A stretch of 64,000 nt of DNA, from contig NC_092678.1 in NCBI RefSeq assembly GCF_964355755.1, positions 14,410,371-14,474,370 on the forward strand. The letters are read 5' to 3'. Shown piece by piece: positions 1 through 13,010 of the stretch (position 1 is its first letter; each line of letters opens with the position of its first letter). Both the position numbers and the translations under genes were made by a program. The notes beneath the pieces were generated by a model. It was given only the letters and a program-made list of their open reading frames with translations. It made no database searches and was not told the origin of the DNA. The stretch is from Antedon mediterranea. Taxonomy: Eukaryota; Animalia; Echinodermata.

Positions 1-719
1 GCACCCAAGCGTATAGCAACAAGAAGTGATTACACAACTGCGATACGATACTTTCTACAGTAGACCTAGGATTCTAAGTCAATTCACGTGATTGCCTTCG
101 CGCACTCTTCTTCACATAACATATGTCGAGTCGAGGCTAATCGACAGCTAGGCAAGACATTAAACTAAGTAGTAATTCATTGGAAAAAGCCCAAAGAAAG
201 CTTAGACCCACAAGAATAAAGAATGTGTATAATTTGTGTACTGTATTTTTTAAATTCTGCTATTTATTATCAAACAATATGCATGTACTCAAAGGAACTT
301 TAAAAATGTGCGTATATGAACACATGAGATGGGAAGATTTGACCCACGAGAATAAAAAATTTATTTTTGTGTAATGTTTATTGTTTAATTTTGCTGACTT
401 ATTACTCGGATTGTGTCATACCTAACACACACACGTCACACACACCCACACAGCTACTACTTACTAGGCCTAGAATAGACATGGGTTTAGAGACTAATAA
501 TTAGGCCTAATAGTATTAATAGAAACTATAATTTTAACACGTAATTCTTTAGTAATAAATTATATTAAGAACACCATAAACTAAAGGCTGATTATTTCGA
601 CAATCCACACAAAACGCCGCTATTCTTCTATGAAATCGCACGCCGCAACAACAGCGGAGATAGGCCTAGAATCGTACCGCACTTGTGTAATCACTTCTTG
701 TTGCTATACGCTAGGGTGC
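1..719. mobile_element. Non-autonomous TIR element (MITE), possibly extending left of the window
   Basis: 1-49 (gcacccaagcgtatagcaacaagaagtgattacacaactgcgatacgat) is the reverse complement of 671-719 with about 3 mismatches; no coding capacity inside. Confidence 0.7.
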
Positions 720-1166
720 ACACGGAACAAGAAAATTTAACTGATGAATTATTCATGTTTATTTTGTGACTTTTCATGAGGGGGTCCCCCAACTTATGTA
801 CGAAAAAAAAATCGCCTCCAGGACATCAATGTAACTACAATAGTATTATTTATGACTAGCAGAAGTTTTAAATACAGTACACCTTTGACACACTTTTATT
901 GTCTGTAATTCAATCTGTTATATTTATTTCAATCTATGTATTACCCGTATGTATCATAATATCAGCAAACACATTATTTTCTAAGAGGAGTTTTTATTTT
1001 TACCTTTTAGTTTTACTATTGGGCTCTACACGTTTTGAAGTATCCCTTCATACAAAAATAGGCCTATATTACAGATTTCGTTGATTTTTGAATAATTGTG
1101 TGATGATTTTTACTCTACACACTATTGCATCTTAATGTAACACAACGAAAACTATTTTTGTTACAG

Positions 1167-1196
1167 GTGTTGTTGGAGCATCAAGTTCTAATCTAG
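1167..1196 (+). CDS. 30-nt phase 1-1 micro-exon (xVVGASSSNL) of the DED-containing gene
   Basis: tttttgttacAG acceptor and GTatgt donor; its last G joins AA at 8304 to give GAA, in frame with the DED exon. Confidence 0.6.
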   Translation: MLLEHQVLI

Positions 1197-2098
1197 GTAT
1201 GTTATATTTTATTTAAATTTTCTTCCTTTTAATATTGGAAATGTAGTGTCTCTAAATCATTTAAGGACTATTTAAAAACAAATTGACACTGAAAAAATCG
1301 CAACTCCTTCGTCTTTTTCTAAATTCTGTGCAATATAAATATTTTACCAAATTTTAAATATAAACAATTATTAATTAACAATATAAAATTCAACTATAAT
1401 TGATATCTTTAAATGTTCAATTTCTCAACTTTTATATTGTTTTATCCGCCTTCTAAATTGTATTTTTATTCTTTTTTCGTGAATATGTTGAGTTTTTTTA
1501 TATGCTTATGTGTTTTTATCTATTGTTGTCACAATGTTCTCTATCAAAGTTAAATAAATAACGGTTTAGAGATTAAGTGTATGTTAAGTAACTAATTCCT
1601 CCATCAATAAATCACTACCCATAATTGTCATCACACGGAATTGTAAACAAGTTTTTAATACGACACAGTATAAACAGTTTGCACCATTGTGTGTGAACAT
1701 GTTCTATTGTTAAAATAAATGCTAGTAAAGGCCTAAATACAAATCATATACTGCTATGGTTACTGTTAAGCCAATAAACAAGATAAGATGACAAAATATG
1801 TGTTGATACTGATGACAGTGTTACTCTTATTATAATATAAAATAACACAATGAAATATAGTCTTGATTATAAAGATAACAAAGTCAGTGGTAGTGGGGTG
1901 CCTTAAGGGAAAAAATGATCAAAAACGTTACACGGATGACAAAGTTTTCATTTTTTTGCACATATGTTTACTTGGACATACAGATTAAAAAAATCACTGT
2001 AGCCAAGAAAAAAAAATTATTTTATGACCATATTTCTGGAAATTTCTTATAAATAATAAATTCTGACACGGATCGTCTGTATTCAATTACGAGTAATA

Positions 2099-2783
2099 TT
2101 ATCTGGGACATTTGCAGCAGCTGCACAGTTCTGTACAAGGGAGGTTGGATTTGGCACATTTGCAAGTTACACAACCACGGTCAGATTTGCAGCCACATTT
2201 GATAAGTTCATTGCAGGCCTTGGCTGCTTCTGGTTTAGTCATCCAAACTGGCTTCCAATGTGTGATGTACCCTTTGTTATGTACACATTCTTGTTGTAAA
2301 TGATTGTTGTTCAACTAACTCAGACAAATATAGGAATAGTTCCTCTTTGTTTTTGGAATTAAGAAGGAAGTCTTTCCACTTGACAGGTGTCTTGGTTTTT
2401 GGTTCTACTTTTAAGCGTACACCTTTACCTCTCTTCTCTCTAGTAGATTCGTTAATGCTTGATGAAATATATCTATCCCACACAACATCTATGCGGCTGG
2501 TTGTCAATAATTCACGCTTAATAAAACCTAAAAATACTTGCTGGCCAAATTCAAGAAAGGTAGACGCAGTGGGCAAAGTGTGTATAAGAGTTCCTCCGTC
2601 AAATATTTTTGCATCAAAGCGGTTTGGTGGTTCTGGTTGACCGTCACAGTTAAGACATTTCAGTAACTCTGACTTTGTCCCAAAGCGAAGCTTACCATCG
2701 TCTGAGAGAGCAGGTGGATATAATTGGTTCTCATGTGAGAAAAAAACAGCAAGATCGCCGTCTCTTCGCTGGTTTGACTTCAT
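2099..2783 (-). pseudogene. Academ protein C-terminal remnant: XPG/PIN-like nuclease fragment plus Cys-rich (CXC/Cys8) finger
   Basis: ORF 2277-2783 has IFDGG..IH and IDVVWDRY..SINESTREKRG; ORF 2099-2314 has CGCKSDRGCVTCKCAKSNLPCTELCSC. The two are joined out of frame. Confidence 0.75.
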
Positions 2784-3594
2784 AAACTTTTAGCCAATCA
2801 GAATGCCGGATTTTATGAATACTCATTTTGGAGGGAAACCTTTGTCTAGGTAATACTATAGTAATTGATTGTATATAAAGGGGTTCTATGGACCTTAAAT
2901 AATGAAATCATTGTTATTATTAGTATTTATTATTCTCAAATAGAAACTATTATAACAAATATTGTGATTTAACTGGTCTTTCGAATGTTAAAAAATAGAT
3001 TATGTCGAAAAGGCACTGCTTCTCTATAACACTGAAGTTAGTTGTAGTGATATAAAATAAAATTTAAGTCAAAAGTTAATATCATTACTTCTGGTCAATT
3101 GACAAATTCAGTCAATACCTTAATTAATACAAAAATATACATTTTTGACAATTCAAGCCCAATATTTTGATGTTATGCGCATTCGGTAACGAAATTTGAG
3201 GTTATCGGGTCAAAGGTCAATATTATGACTTCCAGTCACTTTTGGGAAAAATAGTTCGTTAGACCAAATACTAACATGTATATTGTGAATATTTTAAGAC
3301 CAACCTCATGTTTCTACTGTCAGTAGTTATCGAGATATGACCATACTAGGGTCAAATGTCACAATTCCGGAAATGATGATTCCGGCCATTTTCTAATAAA
3401 ATGTTGTTTTAGAGTGAACAGAAACATATGTGTTCTAAGCAATTTAACACTAAAATGAACTCTGTACCCCTACCGGTTACTAAGATATGGACCATCATTT
3501 TGTTTTGGCGGCCATTTTGAAAATACTCCAAATATGGTCATAAAATAAAATTTTTTTCTTGGCTACAGTGATATTTTTAATCTGTATGTCTGAA

Positions 3595-4153
3595 TTAGGA
3601 AATTCGCACTTTAAAAAAAGTCGAAGCAAGTCGTATTTTACCAAAAGCAGATGTAAGCATTACACACGCATACACTAATGACCAAATTGGAAATGCACTC
3701 GATGAAATCCACGAAACACTTGACTGTATAGTAATCCACGAAATAACTAACTCTGTAAAGGAATCAGCTCCAGAAAAGTGCGCAGAAACGCTATACAACA
3801 CAGTCAGTGAGTATGCCACAAAACACCCAGACACTAAATGTTTGATATCACTTGGCTTACCACAAGCAGGCCCACTAAATTTCAGAGTTGAAATAGCAAA
3901 CTCATGTATAAAGCACAAGATACGCACAGACAAAATACCAAACCTAACATTCTGCGACAATAGCAACTTCTTACGAAACGGCGAGCTGGTCGACACACTT
4001 CTAGCACCTGATGGATACCATCTATCAGATGGAGGCACCAGCCTATTAGCCAGTAATGTCAGATACAAAGTTGAAAACGTTCTAGGTCTATCTCGCAGAA
4101 AAGCTAACACAGGAAGAGGTAGACCACTTTACCACAAATTTCAACAATTGTAA
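3595..4153 (+). pseudogene. LINE ORF1 remnant, SGNH esterase-like
   Basis: The frame is open upstream of the called ORF 3842-4153 and contains CIVIHEITN and APDGYHLSDGG, typical of CR1/L2 ORF1 esterase domains. Confidence 0.65.
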
Positions 4154-4282
4154 GGTAACACAAATTCAGAAAGTTATTGTAACTGAAATTAAGCAGTAGA
4201 CATAAGCATAGTATTATAAATTATATTAATTAAAATAGTTTTTTATAGACAAATACAATCAATAAACATACAAAATCAAAGC

Positions 4283-7200
4283 ATGGATAACAATAAAAAT
4301 AAAGGTGATGAAAACGAAATATCAAATCCAATGGATATACTATTTAATCCAATATCTATTGATAATGGTAATAATGACCATGACGAATTCATTGAATATA
4401 GTCTCAGAAACAAGCTAAATGCTATTGAGACATGTTCTTATATGAGTCCATATGACTTGAATGAATCTGTGAAGAAATTCAAAAATATTGGCTACTCATT
4501 TCTTCACTATAATATTCGAAGTATCAATAAACACATTGATGAACTAACTACATACCTAAACTTAATCAACCACCCTTTTACAGTTATTGGTATATCGGAA
4601 ACATGGTTAAACAATACATCGTGCAAACCATATTTACCGAGCTATGACTTCCTCGCATTAGATAGGAAGAATCGTAAAGGAGGGGGAGTTGGTATGTTTG
4701 TTTCTGCTATAATTGACATAAAAGAAAGAAAAGATCTATTTATTGAATCTTGTGAATGTATTTTTATTGAAATAATTGAAAAAAAATGTAACAATACGAT
4801 TGTTGGTATAATATATAGACCTCCCGATTCGAATATAGAACTTTTTAATAGATCACTAGACGATATTCTTAATACTATTGATATCGAGAGAAAATCATGC
4901 CACATTATGCGTGATTTTAACATTAATTTACTTAAGCATGCATCGACTGATTTTGTAAATAATTTTCTAGAAGTAATGATGTCGCATTCCTTTTACCCAT
5001 CGATTTCAAGACCCACTAGAATACAAAACAACACATCTTCATTATTTGATAACATTTTCTCCAATACACTTTCTGAACAAATGTTATCTGGTATACTAAT
5101 CTCAGACATATCTGATCATTTACCGGTATACCAAATTATCCACTCCGTGCCCGACAAACATATTAAAGTAAAAACCGGTAATATAGAACCTCATAAATAT
5201 GCAATAAACGAAAGAAATATAAATAAACTTTATAATGACTTATTACCTGTTGATTGGGCTGATGTATATGTAAGGACAAACCCTGATGATGCTTACAATG
5301 CTTTTATAAACACTTTCAAAAAATTATATAATAAAAACTTTAAAAAAAAAGAAAAAGTTCAAGAAAATTACAAAAAGTATAAAAAGTTCAAACAACCATG
5401 GCTGAGCTCAAGACTCTTTAAATCTAGCAAAAGAAAACATGTGTTATAAAACATCCCTCGTCTAAAAATAAGGATATTTATAAAGAGTTTAATAAGTCAT
5501 TTATGCGTACATGCAAAAATGCAAAGAAATCATATTATGAAAATGTTTTTAACAATACTAAAGGAAATAAAAAAAAAACATGGAATATTATAAATGATGA
5601 AAGAATTTCATTTAGCTTCGATTTTGTATAGATGACAAATTTCGTTTTTGTAAAAGCACAAGTTAACGGAGTACTTACTCGAACGTTTCGATCTCTATCA
5701 GAGATCCTTCTCAACTGACTGCGGAGGCGTACGACGTCATCAACAGATGACGTTAAGAATGACCAAGCTGCATTAACACTCCGCAGTCAGTTGAGAAGGA
5801 TCTCTGATAGAGATCGAAACGTTCGAGTAAGTACTCCGTTAACTTGTGCTTTTACAAAAACGAAATTTGTCATCTATTATAAATGATATTATAAATCCAG
5901 GTGGAGGCAAAAATAATGTTCCATCCACTTTTACATCTGGTGACAAACTCATAGAGGGTTGTGAGCCTATTGCAAACCACATTAACGATTATTTTATTAA
6001 TGTTGGTCTCAAGGTACGAGACAGTATTGAGCCATCAACGGCACAATACTCTGATTACCTGCTAAACAGGAAAAGTAACTCTATTTTTTCTACCATGTAA
6101 ATGAGGAGGAAGTGTTAAAAGTGATTCAATCACTTGATGCAAACAAAACACCTGGTTTTGATGATATTTCACCTAAGGTAGTCAAGGCAGTTGGTGATGC
6201 TATTGTAAAGCCCTTGACTTACATATTTAACGTATCTCTTCACTCCGGCTCAATACCGGAACAGATAAAAATTGCAAAAGTAATTCCCATATACAAAAAA
6301 GGGGACCGTCATTTAGCCTCGAATTATCGCCCGATATCACTACTACCAATTTTCTCTAAAATCTTTGAAAAGATAGTCCATTCCAGATTGTATAATTACT
6401 TTAAAACTTACAATATACTAAATGATTGGCAATACGGCTTCCGAAACAATCATTCAACCTCCCACGCTATAATTGATCTGATCCACAAAATACTAAAGGC
6501 ATTTGAAAACAAAGACTTCGTAATTGCCACATTTATGGATTTGTCAAAGGCATTTGATATTATTGACCACAGTATATTACTGAACAAGCTATTCCACTAT
6601 GGTATAAGAGGTGTTACACTAAAATGGTTCAGTAACTATTTAAAATCACGAAAGCAATATGTTTTTATAAATGGTACTTCGTCTAATATTAAGGAGACTA
6701 GTATTGGTGTTCCACAATGGTCCGTTTTGGGACCTTTGTTGTTTCTTGTATATTTAAACGATATATGTAACTCAAGTACACAAATTGAATTAATTAGCTT
6801 TGCCGATGATACAACAGGATTCAAGTGTGGAAATAACCTGAACGCATTGGAAAACACTATGAATGTGGAACTAGATAGAATTAATATGTGGTTCAAAGCT
6901 AATAAACTTTTATTAAACACCAGCAAAACAAATTACGTAATCTTTAAAACTGCCCAAATTATTACAACCAACATTGAATTGAAAATGAATAACATTACTT
7001 TAGAACAACAAAAAAATGTAACATTTCTTGGGGTTTTAATAAATGAGAACCTTTGCTGGAAAAATCATATAAGGCTTATTAGCAAAAAAACCGCTAGGTC
7101 TATTGGAATATTGATAAAAACTAGACATTTTTTCCTAATTATATTTTAACAAATTTGTATAATACATTAATTCTACCGCACCTTCAGTATGAAAACATTA

Positions 7201-7632
7201 TTTTGGGCAGTACATATGATAGTACACTAGAATCCCTTCTTAAACTCCAGAAAAAGGCTGCTAGAATTATTTTATTTAAAAAGCCATGGCAACATTCTGA
7301 GCCACTGTTTAAGCAATTAAATATACTTAACATACAAGATATCAACAGAGTTACCGTCCTAGATTTCATGGCCCAGATTAAAAGTAATGTTTTACCCAGA
7401 CGAATCCAAATGATATTCAAAAGAAAGGAAAATACTACCCATAATCTTCGAAATATTTGTAGCGTAAAACAACCATACTCTAGGTTAACGTCTGGTCAAC
7501 ATTTTATCAAGTATACACGGACCGAAACTATGGAACGAGCTCTGTAGAAATCACTTAGATATTGTTAACAAAAATTATAAAATACTAAAAAAATATGTAA
7601 AAAGAGACATTCTATCGAATTACAGAACTTAA
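4283..7632 (+). pseudogene. LINE ORF2 (AP endonuclease + reverse transcriptase), disrupted
   Basis: ORFs 4283-5449, 5846-6100, 6112-7149 and 7155-7547 are collinear pieces broken by frameshifts, stops and an insertion at 5599-5874; the conserved PQG reads PQW. Confidence 0.9.
5599..5874. mobile_element. Short palindromic insertion (likely Penelope inverted pseudo-LTR fragment) with 13-bp TSD
   Basis: 99-bp inverted arms 5628-5726 and 5779-5877; TSD tattataaatgat at 5586-5598 and 5875-5887; the arm carries ttgagaag-gatctct/agagatc stem-gaaac, a minimal hammerhead-like core. Confidence 0.7.
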
Positions 7633-8303
7633 AATGCTTCACTCATAAAATATATATGCATATATTATGCGTTGTGTTGGTGTGTGCGAGTATACACACA
7701 TAGCCTGTTTTATATTATATGTATTCATACTTTTGCTATAATAAAAGAAAGAATCCACATGTACTGGAAGTAATAAACTGAATATCTTCTTTTTTAAGAA
7801 AAAATGTATAAATAATGATATTATAAAAACACTGATGCTTTTTGATGATGAACAACTCTAAAATGTATATAGGAAATGTTTTTTTTAAATTTTGTATCTA
7901 TTATGTTGTGTTTATTGTTTTATGTTTTTTATGTAAAAGGGTCCTGCGAAAACAGAAGTGTAAACTTCTCTATGCAGGATCGTTGCCATTATTTATGCTA
8001 TGAAACTGTATTTATAAACGATGAGTAAATAAATGTGAATCGAATTGAATTGAATTGAAGTGAACATATGTGCAAAATTTGAAAACTTTGTCATCCGTGT
8101 AACGTTTTTGACCCTAAGGCACCCCACTATGGGTATGTTAAACTGTTATACTAAAGTTTATGTTTATTATGTATTCATTGTGGTATTTATAATTAATATT
8201 CTAATAAGCTGAAAATAATCGATATAATGTTATCAAAACAACTCATCTAATCATAGGAATCAATTTTAAAAACTTGTGTTTTTTATGTTTTTTTTTTGTA
8301 CAG

Positions 8304-8839
8304 AATCAGCCGAGAAGAAATTTCAGACAATGTTGCTACAAGTATCCACCTGGTGTGATTATCATGACCTACTTGATAAGCTGAAGGTGTTGTGCAATGA
8401 CATGATAACATATTACAGTGACCTACAGAACGCCGGAAGCACCATGGAATTATTCATTGTATTAAAGCGCTGTGGCCATCTTACCGTCACCGATTTTAAA
8501 GTTCTTATCGACGCAATTAATGTCACTGGTTCAAATGGTGTTCTTGAGGTCAACGAACTGCTAAAAGACAGATATGAAGATGCCGACCACAATGTAAATT
8601 CTTTCTCTCCATATCGACAAAAGTTGATTAAATTCGGTAAAGCACTTTCTGAAGAAAATATAACAACGCTTACTCATCTTAAAGGTTTTTCAAAGAAACA
8701 ACGTAAGAACCAGTGGACTATGATACTAGATCTCGACCGAAGACGTATCATTACAGAAGAAGGATTGCCATCATTTATTGATGATTTAAAGGAGAATGGA
8801 ATGAGTGTTGTTGCTGAACAGTTAGAAGATCCAATTTAG
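8304..8839 (+). CDS. Terminal exon encoding tandem death-effector-domain-like (DED-DED) module
   Basis: Polypyrimidine-cAG acceptor at 8302-8303 and open frame to TAG. Two helical repeats: FQTMLLQVS...LKVLC...MELFIVLKRCGHLT and SPYRQKLIKFGKALSEENITTL...MILDLDRRRII, both resembling DED patterns. Confidence 0.75.
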
Positions 8840-11739
8840 CAATAACGACGGGTATTACTGATGTCAATCTACAATTGAATTATTGGTGGTTAATTAAGAT
8901 TAGAATCATAGACGTTTTTAAATCATTAAAAGTAACAATGAACATTAATTTAAACTTCCTCAAGCATACAATTTATTAAAAACATTGCAGTGTATACTAT
9001 TATTATGTAATTAGTAAATCAATAGTGAAACTCAAAGTAGAGAAGTAGTAAACCACCCACATTATTGGTACGGGTTATCTTTTACATCAATGACGTACAT
9101 TTAGTATACTCAAATAAATTGATAACAATAATACACTACAATGACGCAGAAGAAAATACATCAAAATAAGTATGTATTGTATAACGTAAGTTGTACCATT
9201 TTCAGATGCATAAGCCAGTGCTACAGTATCGTATGTTATTTGTTATTTGTAGTAAATCGGATATAATCGAATCGAAAGTACGGATATACGTGTTTGTACA
9301 ATAAAACAAAGTAGGACTTTATTCCAATAACGACCTTGGTATAAACGATAATGTATTTGTTTCCAAAATCGTTAACCATAATATCTTTGAAGTATTAGTG
9401 AACTTCCGCATTGGGACGGTAAACCAAAACAACGAGACGACAATGTATACAATCGATTAAACTGCATATGCCTATTAAGCCCAGTGTATTATGTTCCGTT
9501 TATTATCGGTATTGTATTTGGTAGATTTAACGTTCAAGCATGCGGAGCTTGCACAGTTTATGACATCATTTGTAAAACTTTTCAACAATAAGTGCGCGGT
9601 AGCATACGTTGTTTTTTTGTCAATTGTTGTGTAACTGTCATATTGTATCATATATTATGTGAATTCAGTTTGATTCGTATAGATTGATTTTTAAAATAAT
9701 TGTTTGTAGATTATTCCTTATTACCAAAGACGTATAGCTAACGGAAAATGTAATCAGTCACGCCCGCCAAACCCGCGGAAAGACTTTTGTTGTATTCGAG
9801 TATAGTTTTTTTTCGTTGAGTACTTAATTTACGCAGTATTTTCAGCTTTGTTACCGTTTTCTATTCGAATGAGTTTCTGTTGAGCACAATCTGTTTACAA
9901 TTTACCGTTCATTACAGAAACCACTTTCAAAAAATGTATGTTCACTTCAAAAGTTCCTAATCGAATACGACAATGCTTAAAAGTCAATAAACCGTGTGAC
10001 CTTGTTCGCATCCATACATTTCGTTATATTTGTTTAAAAAAAACATATGGCCACCTTTAATTTGCCTTAAAGTCGTGTATAACTAAGGTTTGTTTCAAAA
10101 TGCATGCCACGTCATACTGATACCATAAATGGCTTCTATAACATTATTTTAATGGTTGACATATATTTTTCAGTGAAATGAGATTTATAGCTGCCATTTT
10201 AACTTTCGTTTTTAGACAAATATTAAAAATTGGTGAAATAAGCAATAGACCAAACAAAATAAGTATTGGCCTAACTGAAGTGCCAGGATAAGGCTGGAAA
10301 ACAATATCAGTTATTTAATAATGGAGTATATTTTCTTTAAATAACATGTAAATAGCAACCTAAATTGTACGTACTATTTAACATTTGTATTCATATTATC
10401 ACGTCTGTTTTGTTATAATTTGTTGTTGTGTTAATCTTTGATTATAATATTTCTGTCAATTTTAATAACTTGTAATAAATGCCATTTTATTTTTCATTTT
10501 CAATTTTTTATTAATTTTATCTCAATTGTATTCAAATCTATTATTTTATTTAAGCCAATATGTTACTATAAATGTACCGGCCTCTAAATAATTTGTTTTT
10601 ACCGAAACATTTCTTAATACACGTAACATAAATTTAAATGTATTGATATATCTTTAAAATGTCTGTCTATTGCGCTCTCTTGGTATATTTTTTATGTCAG
10701 AGTTTCAGAACCTGTCCACACATATAGAGTAAGCCATGGCGTACATCTTGCGCGTGAACCAGGTAGTGGCGTTATTAACGCAACTCACTCTATGCTCTTT
10801 CATCTAAAAGCCCATGAATTGTTTAAGATAAAATAAAGTAAACAATGGTCAAAAGCAGAGTGTTTTCATATCAAGCGCTGATTATATTTCAAAAAATGGT
10901 TTAAAAAAAAACAAACAAATGGTCATCAAGACAGTGTAAAATTTAATAAGGAACCCTGGGTTTAACTTTTAAAACGTAAGCGATACTTGGACTTAAAAGA
11001 ATTTAAAATAACGATTTATATTATTGTTAGTTTTTTTGTGAAATGAGGAATACGTTAAATCGCGTTGAATTCCCATAGAGATACCATAATATAGGCTAGT
11101 TAAGATGAGATATTTGTACACAGTATCTAAATTTAAGATTACACATTGTGTTTGTTCTTTATGTTGTTATACACATAGGCCTACATTAGTGTACATAATA
11201 TGCAAATGAAAGTGTATTATCAAGACATTTAGTTTGAGTATAACGTTGCACAACAATAAATTACATTTATATTATTATATACTCTATCATCGTTTTTTTA
11301 AAGTAATTAACTCCCTGTTAAAACCAATATGATGGATAATGGCTCATTTTAATGAGTTCTTAGAATACACCCAGGATGATTTGTTGTATTATCAATATGG
11401 CTTTCGCGTCACAAGTTTTTTTGGAAAGACACTCAAATGTTATTACTTCCTGGGTTTTGCCTCTTTATTATTTATATTTAAATTATTATCTTGTTTACTT
11501 TGAAAGAGAAAAAAATAAATGTTATTATGAATAAATGAATATAAAGTTGCCTTATGAAATATATCATTAAAGCACTTTCTATTAAAAGATACGGTAAAAT
11601 AGATTCATATTTAGCTAGTTTGGAAAGTATCAGTAAATGCAATGAAACCAATTTAAATCTCTTCGTTCACAAATGAATTAATAACTTAGAGAAGTATGCA
11701 TAATTCAATATATATATATATTATATATTACTACCAAAT

Positions 11740-13010
11740 CCACTAGTAGCGTTGATTTTGTGGACACTATAGTGACCATAGAAAACTGACCTATTCCGTT
11801 AACCCACGGATAAAAATGTGTACCTGCTCCCCGACACTGTACTAAAAACATACCGTACAGTCAAGCATTAGGTATCAGACGTATCTGTTCTTCAGATTTA
11901 GATTTTCAGAATCGTACCGAAGAACTAACCGGACATCTCCGGAATAGAAATTACAAGAAGGAAAACATCGAAACTGCTATTAAGAAAGCAAAAGATATTC
12001 CTCGATGTCAAACACTGACGTACAAACCACGTCAGCCAAATTTGACCAGAGTGTCATTGGTCACAACCTATCACCCTAGGTTGCCTCCATTACGGGCTAT
12101 TATTGAGAAATATATGCCCATTCTACAGTCCACAGAACCTATCAGGACTGTTTTTCCGGAACCACCCAATATTGCATTTCGTAGACCTCCCAACCTTCGT
12201 GATATATTAGTCAGATCCAAATTTAAGAGTTAAATTAACTCTCATGACAGCCACGATCTGGGCAGTCACCTTTGCGGCAAAACTTGTTCATTGGTTGATT
12301 CTACTTAAAAAGTTAAGAGTAACTAAACTGGCCGCAATCAATTAATAGTCTAACCAAAAACGTCATTTATCTCACATACTGTAATATTTGTGGCAAACAG
12401 TACGTCAGGGAAACAAAAAAACTCTCCGTATGAGAATGACACAACACAAATCAGCTATCAAAACATTAAAGCTTGATCAACCTGTAGCCGAACATTTTAA
12501 TTCAGCTGGTCACTCGATTGTAAATTTCAGAGTTATTGCAATAGACCACGATGTCAAATGGAGCGACAAAACTCGCAAAGACAAAGAAAACCACTGAGAA
12601 TTACAACTTAAAACTACAAAACCTTTTGGAATTAACATTAGGAACATACTCCCAGATCGGTAAAATTATTCCATTGACTACCAACATTTAAGTTTCAATA
12701 TTAACCACCATTGAAGCTGTTTTTTAGTATCATTCCCAGCTACCTTCTTTGTTTTCAACTCTTATTCAGACTCCAACCTCACACCTTTTGTTGTATTTCT
12801 TTTATTCCTGTCCACCCAGGCAGCACTTGCCAGTTTTTATACTACGACGTTATCCAAATTCCTTCACTTGCACTGATGAAGGGCTAGTGTTGCCCGAAAG
12901 CTCTGCTAACTTTTCTGGCTGTTTTACTTTATCGTTTTGATTTAGCTTTTCGCTTTTTTTTTGTATCTCCATTGAATTCCAGCCACTGATACCCACATCA
13001 TTGTCATTTT
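11740..13010 (+). mobile_element. Penelope-like retroelement 3' fragment (RT C-terminus, GIY-YIG endonuclease, pLTR)
   Basis: IPYSQALGIRRICS, LVTTYHP..AFRRPPNLRDILVRS and NVIYLIYCNICGKQYV..LRMRMTQH..VAEHFN motifs; frameshifted. Confidence 0.85.
12865..12910 (+). ncRNA. Minimal hammerhead ribozyme core of Penelope pLTR
   Basis: CTGATGA (12873) - stem gggc/tagtgtt/gccc - GAAA, located downstream of the GIY-YIG ORF as typical for PLEs. Confidence 0.65.

Larger units (their letters stand above)
3593..8059 (+). mobile_element. CR1/L2-group non-LTR retrotransposon, 5'-truncated and inactivated
   Basis: ORF1 remnant with SGNH-like motifs (IVIHEITN, DGYHLS); APE endonuclease (ISETWL, YRPP, SDHLP); RT (YRPISLL, DLSKAFD, FADDT); (GAATT)n tail at ~8036-8059. 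Confidence 0.9.
1891..8129 (-). mobile_element. Academ-type DNA transposon (internally deleted), right TIR split by a LINE
   Basis: Termini TAGTGGGGTGCC...GGCACCCCACTA with 3-bp TSD TGG (1888-1890, 8130-8132). The long TIR (1891-~2035) is matched by ~3530-3592 plus ~8058-8129. TAG/CTA termini, short TSD, XPG-like domain and Cys8 finger fit Academ. Confidence 0.8.

Noticed and set aside
3595-4110. 171-aa minus-strand ORF, and other antisense ORFs over LINEs (4642-4923, 6636-6926, 14726-15037, 15692-16120)
   Set aside because: Shadow frames of retrotransposon coding sequence with no recognisable motifs.
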